IMG/VR virus record: IMGVR_UViG_2713896729_000005 | DNA from: a virus | Taxonomy: Duplodnaviria > Heunggongvirae > Uroviricota > Caudoviricetes | Length of the DNA: 27,673 nt | Direction: 5' to 3' (one strand) | Shown: positions 23,563-27,673 of the stretch, in pieces | Position numbering within the stretch: position 1 is the stretch's first letter | Layout: each line of letters starts with the position of its first letter | Notes under the pieces: generated by a model | The model's database searches: none | What the model was told of the DNA's origin: nothing | Seen by the model: only the letters and a program-made list of their open reading frames with translations | Translations under genes and position numbers: made by a program

Positions 23563-26034
23563 ATGAGTAAAGTCTTTATTTGCGCCGCTATTCCTGACGA
23601 ACTGGCAACAAGGGAAGAAGGCGCTGTGGCTGTAGCCACAGCCATTGAAGCTGGCGACGAACGCCGTGCTCGAGCAAAATTTCACTGGCAATTCCTGGAA
23701 CATTATCCGGCTGCTCAGGACTGCGCTTATAAATTTATTGTCTGCGAGGATAAACCTGGCATACCCCGCCCTGCCCTCGATTCATGGGATGCTGAATATA
23801 TGCAGGAAAACCGCTGGGATGAGGAGTCTGCTTCTTTTGTCCCGGTTGAGACTGAATCCGATCCGATGAACGTCACTTTTGACAAGCTGGCCCCTGAAGT
23901 ACAGAACGCTGTCATGGTTAAGTTCGACACATGTGAAAACATCACCGTTGATATGGTTATTAGCGCACAGGAATTGTTGCAGGAAGACATGGCAACATTC
24001 GACGGACATATCGTTGAAGCGTTGATGAAAATGCCAGAAGTTAACGCCATGTATCCGGAGCTTAAGTTGCACGCCATTGGGTGGGTTAAGCATAAATGTA
24101 TTCCTGGTGCTAAATGGCCCGAAATTCAGGCAGAGATGCGCATCTGGAAAAAACGTCGCGAAGGTGAACGCAAGGAAACCGGAAAATACACGTCTGTTGT
24201 TGATCTCGCCCGCGCCAGAGCCAATCAACAGTACACTGAAAATTCAACAGGAAAAATCAGCCCGGTCATTGCTGCCATTCATCGCGAATACAAGCAGACA
24301 TGGAAAACACTGGATGACGAACTGGCCTACGCTCTCTGGCCTGGTGATGTGGATGCCGGAAACATTGACGGCAGCATCCATCGCTGGGCAAAAAATGAAG
24401 TTATCGACAACGACCGCGAAGACTGGAAGCGTATCTCGGCATCAATGCGCAAACAGCCTGATGCCCTTCGCTACGACCGCCAAACTATTTTTGGCCTTGT
24501 CCGTGAGCGTCCGATCGACATTCACAAAGATCCCGTAGCACTGAACAAATATATCTGCGAATACCTGACGACAAAGGGCGTGTTTGAGAATGAAGAAACA
24601 GACCTGGGCACTGTTGATGTTCTCCAGTCATCAGAAACACAAACTGATGCAGTGGAAACTGAGGTATCTGATATCCCAAAAAATGAAACCGCGCCGGAAG
24701 CTGAACCATCTGTAGAGCGTGAGGGGCCGTTCTATTTCCTCTTCGCAGATAAGGACGGAGAAAAATACGGTCGCGCAAACAAACTTTCTGGTCTGGATAA
24801 GGCACTGGCTGCTGGCGCCACTGAAATCACAAAAGAAGAATATTTTGCCCGAAAAAATGGCACATACACGGGCTTACCGCAAAATGTAGATACCGCTGAA
24901 GATTCAGAACAACCAGAGCCGATAAAAGTTACCGCTGACGAAGTAAACAAAATTATGCAGGCAGCCAATATCATCCAGCCTGACGCCGATAAGTTGCTTG
25001 CTGCATCACGTGGTGAATTTGTTGAAGGGATTAGTGACCCGAATGATCCGAAATGGGTTAAGGGGATCCAGACCCGCGATTCTGTGAACCAGAACCAGCA
25101 TGAATCGGAACGGAACTACCAAAAAGCGGAACAAAACAGCCCAAATGCGTTACAAAACGAGCCAGAAACGAAACAGCCTGAATCAGTGGCGCAACAGGAA
25201 GTGGAAAAAGTCTGCACCGCCTGCGGTCAGACCGGCGGCGGCAACTGCCCTGATTGTGGCGCGGTAATGGGCGACGCAACATACCAGGAAACATTCGATG
25301 AAGAGTATCAGATTGAAGTTCAGGAAGATGATCCGGAGGAAATGGAAGGCGCTGAACATCCACACAAGGAGAACACTGGCGGCAATCAGCATCACGATAG
25401 CGATAATGAAACTGGCGAGACGGCAGATCACTCAATTAAGGTGAACGGTCATCAAGAAATCACATCCACCAGCAGGACGTGTGACCATCTAATGATCGAC
25501 CTTGAAACCATGGGAAAAAATCCTGATGCCCCGATCATCTCAATAGGTGCAATATTTTTCGATCCGCAAACCGGAGATATGGGACCGGAATTTAGTAAGA
25601 CTATCGATCTGGAAACTGCTGGCGGAGTCATTGATCGGGACACCATTAAATGGTGGCTTAAGCAATCACGCGAAGCGCAATCTGCCATTATGACCGATGA
25701 AATCCCGTTAGATGATGCACTGTTACAATTGTGGGAATTTATCGACGAAAACTCCGGTGAATTTTTTGTTCAGGTCTGGGGAAATGGAGCCAACTTCGAC
25801 AACACGATTTTGCGCCGTTCATACGAACGGCAGGGGATCCCCTGCCCGTGGCGTTACTACAACGATCGCGATGTACGCACAATCGTTGAGCTGGGGAAAG
25901 CCATAGACTTCGATGCCAGAACGGCTATTCCATTCGAAGGTGAGCGCCATAATGCACTTGATGACGCCCGTTACCAGGCAAAATACGTTTCAGTTATCTG
26001 GCAAAAACTGATCCCGAGTCAGGCTGATTCTTAA
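23563..26034 (+). CDS. Large YdfE/RecE-like protein (823 aa) with internal C4 zinc ribbon and C-terminal DEDDh 3'-5' exonuclease domain
   Basis: Start at ATG 23563 (MSKVFICAAIP..., GAGG RBS); zinc ribbon CTACGQTGGGNCPDCG; exonuclease motifs IDLET, VWGNGANFD and HNALDD near the C-terminus. Confidence 0.8.
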   Translation: MSKVFICAAIPDELATREEGAVAVATAIEAGDERRARAKFHWQFLEHYPAAQDCAYKFIVCEDKPGIPRPALDSWDAEYMQENRWDEESASFVPVETESDPMNVTFDKLAPEVQNAVMVKFDTCENITVDMVISAQELLQEDMATFDGHIVEALMKMPEVNAMYPELKLHAIGWVKHKCIPGAKWPEIQAEMRIWKKRREGERKETGKYTSVVDLARARANQQYTENSTGKISPVIAAIHREYKQTWKTLDDELAYALWPGDVDAGNIDGSIHRWAKNEVIDNDREDWKRISASMRKQPDALRYDRQTIFGLVRERPIDIHKDPVALNKYICEYLTTKGVFENEETDLGTVDVLQSSETQTDAVETEVSDIPKNETAPEAEPSVEREGPFYFLFADKDGEKYGRANKLSGLDKALAAGATEITKEEYFARKNGTYTGLPQNVDTAEDSEQPEPIKVTADEVNKIMQAANIIQPDADKLLAASRGEFVEGISDPNDPKWVKGIQTRDSVNQNQHESERNYQKAEQNSPNALQNEPETKQPESVAQQEVEKVCTACGQTGGGNCPDCGAVMGDATYQETFDEEYQIEVQEDDPEEMEGAEHPHKENTGGNQHHDSDNETGETADHSIKVNGHQEITSTSRTCDHLMIDLETMGKNPDAPIISIGAIFFDPQTGDMGPEFSKTIDLETAGGVIDRDTIKWWLKQSREAQSAIMTDEIPLDDALLQLWEFIDENSGEFFVQVWGNGANFDNTILRRSYERQGIPCPWRYYNDRDVRTIVELGKAIDFDARTAIPFEGERHNALDDARYQAKYVSVIWQKLIPSQADS

Positions 26035-26106
26035 TGTTCAACTGTCGCCGGTTGTGACTGGTATTCTGCAACCGGCGCTCGTCTGATGTAAGAGATAAAG
26101 AAATCG

Positions 26107-26358
26107 ATGAGCGAAGTAATCATGATTGTCTCTCCCGGCAAATGGGTATCCGAAGAGCAGTTAATTGCGCTGAAAGGAATAAAAAAAGGTACGTTAAAAA
26201 AGGCCCGGGAAAAATCGTTTATGGAAGGAAGGGAATATAAGCATGTCGCTCATGACGGTATGCCATGGGATAACAGTCCATGCTTTTACAACCTGGAAGA
26301 AATTGATCGCTGGATTGAGCGCCAGGCATCAGCAAGACCAAGACGTCATCTTACTTGA
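26107..26358 (+). CDS. Putative excisionase / small DNA-binding protein
   Basis: 83-aa ORF immediately upstream of the integrase gene; assignment by position and size. Confidence 0.45.
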   Translation: MSEVIMIVSPGKWVSEEQLIALKGIKKGTLKKAREKSFMEGREYKHVAHDGMPWDNSPCFYNLEEIDRWIERQASARPRRHLT

Positions 26359-26377
26359 CTAAAAGCCACACTAACTA

Positions 26378-27673
26378 ATGAGAGAAATTGAAATGAAATA
26401 TCCGACAGGCGTGGAAAACCATGGAGGGAAATTACGTATCTGGTTTGTTTATAAAGGCGTAAGAGTCAGGGAAAACCTGGGGGTTCCTGACACAGCAAAA
26501 AACAGGCGCGTTGCAGGTGAGCTACGCGCCTCTGTTTGTTACGCAATAAAAACTGGTGTTTTCGACTATGCAAAACAGTTTCCCTCCTCACGCAATCTGG
26601 AAAAATTTGGTGAGACCCGACAAGATTTAACCATAAAAGAACTGGCTGAAAAATTTCTGGCACTGAAAGAAACTGAAGTCGCAAAAACATCACTCAACAC
26701 ATACCGTGCCGTCATCAAAAATATCCTGAGCATAATCGGTGAAAAAAATCTTGCCTCATCGATTAATAAAGAAAAATTACTGGAGGTTCGTAAAGAGCTA
26801 CTGACTGGATACCAGATCCCCAAAAGTAACTATATTGTTACACAACCAGGGAGATCGGCTGTAACTGTAAATAATTACATGACAAATCTTAACGCCGTGT
26901 TCCAGTTTGGTGTTGATAACGGTTACCTGGCAGATAACCCGTTTAAGGGGATCTCGCCATTAAAGGAATCAAGAACCATTCCGGATCCTCTTTCGCGGGA
27001 GGAATTCATCCGTCTTATCGATGCGTGCAGAAATCAGCAAGCCAAAAATTTATGGTGTGTTTCTGTTTATACTGGCGTTCGCCCTGGTGAGCTGTGTGCA
27101 CTTGGATGGGAGGACATAGATCTGAAAAATGGAACAATGATGATCAGGAGAAATTTAGCAAAAGACCGTTTCACGGTACCAAAAACACAGGCGGGAACCA
27201 ATCGGGTCATTCATCTTATTAAGCCAGCAATCGACGCTCTCCGGAGTCAGATGACATTAACGAGACTGAGCAAAGAGCATATCATTGATGTTCACCTCAG
27301 AGAGTATGGCAGAACAGAAAAACATAAATGCACCTTTGTTTTTCAACCTGAAGTGTCAGCGAGAGTAAAAAATTATGGTGACCATTTTACCGTTGACTCA
27401 ATAAGGCAGATGTGGGACGCAGCGATAAAACGTGCCGGACTCCGCCATCGAAAATCATATCAGTCGAGACATACTTATGCCTGCTGGTCGCTGACAGCTG
27501 GTGCTAACCCGGCATTTATAGCAAACCAGATGGGCCATGCAGATGCGCAAATGGTATTTCAGGTATACGGAAAATGGATGTCTGAAAACAATAATGCACA
27601 GGTAGCTTTGTTAAATACACAGTTAAGCGAGTTTGCCCCAACCATGCCCCATAACGAAGCAATGAAAAATTAA
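26378..27673 (+). CDS. Tyrosine integrase of the second prophage
   Basis: 431-aa ORF (alternative start at 26393) with C-terminal catalytic region ...HTYACWSLTAGANPAFIANQMGHADAQMVFQVYGKWM...; stop codon is the last three bases of the window. Confidence 0.85.
   Translation: MREIEMKYPTGVENHGGKLRIWFVYKGVRVRENLGVPDTAKNRRVAGELRASVCYAIKTGVFDYAKQFPSSRNLEKFGETRQDLTIKELAEKFLALKETEVAKTSLNTYRAVIKNILSIIGEKNLASSINKEKLLEVRKELLTGYQIPKSNYIVTQPGRSAVTVNNYMTNLNAVFQFGVDNGYLADNPFKGISPLKESRTIPDPLSREEFIRLIDACRNQQAKNLWCVSVYTGVRPGELCALGWEDIDLKNGTMMIRRNLAKDRFTVPKTQAGTNRVIHLIKPAIDALRSQMTLTRLSKEHIIDVHLREYGRTEKHKCTFVFQPEVSARVKNYGDHFTVDSIRQMWDAAIKRAGLRHRKSYQSRHTYACWSLTAGANPAFIANQMGHADAQMVFQVYGKWMSENNNAQVALLNTQLSEFAPTMPHNEAMKN

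Larger units (their letters stand above)
15280..27673. mobile_element. Second lambdoid prophage (Qin-like early region), inverted relative to the first; extends beyond the window on the right
   Basis: ydfU-rem-hok ... replication gene, YdaT, Cro | repressor, ydfABC, dicF, dicB, ydfD, ydfE-like, xis, int gene order. Confidence 0.8.

Noticed and set aside
23645-25688. Multiple ORFs in other frames and strands inside the 823-aa exonuclease gene
   Set aside because: Nested within a long, motif-supported coding sequence.
1-27673. tRNA, rRNA, IS elements, CRISPR-Cas
   Set aside because: No cloverleaf-like or rRNA-like sequence, no transposase ORF or terminal inverted repeats, and no regular repeat-spacer array were seen by eye; not formally scanned.

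Overview
This window is an E. coli-type chromosomal segment holding parts of two different lambdoid prophages that meet at a 10-N assembly gap (15270-15279). All family assignments come from reading the translations against remembered protein families; nothing was verified by search. Left part (1-15269): host gene ybhC, the lambda attL junction (core GCTTTTTTATACTAA at 1331-1345), and the early half of a mosaic lambda-like prophage. Its backbone is int-xis, lambda-type small early-left ORFs and a TraR-like zinc finger, exo-bet-gam, a KilR-like gene, a Rac/Qin-style immunity region (CI-like repressor, Cro, YdaT-like), lambda-like O (with ori iterons)-P-ren, and a DLP12-like nin module (ninB, ninE, ybcO, rusA, ylcG, first 15 codons of a Q antiterminator). 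Three AT-rich accessory insertions interrupt this backbone and are the best candidates for an undescribed system: (1) a roughly 2-kb island between ren and ninB with a 472-aa ORF of a family I do not recognise plus a small convergent ORF; (2) a 126-aa lipoprotein gene between the repressor gene and the leftward operators, the position rexAB occupies in lambda; (3) a 200-aa polytopic membrane protein gene on the opposite strand between xis and the TraR-like gene. Right part (15280-27673): the early region of a second, Qin-like prophage in inverted orientation, running from ydfU-like, rem-like and hok through a replication initiator with internal iterons, YdaT, DicC-like Cro, a second CI-like repressor, ydfA-ydfB-ydfC, the DicF sRNA, dicB, ydfD and a full-length 823-aa YdfE-like exonuclease to an excisionase-like ORF and an integrase ending at the window edge. 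No rRNA, tRNA, CRISPR array or IS element was seen.
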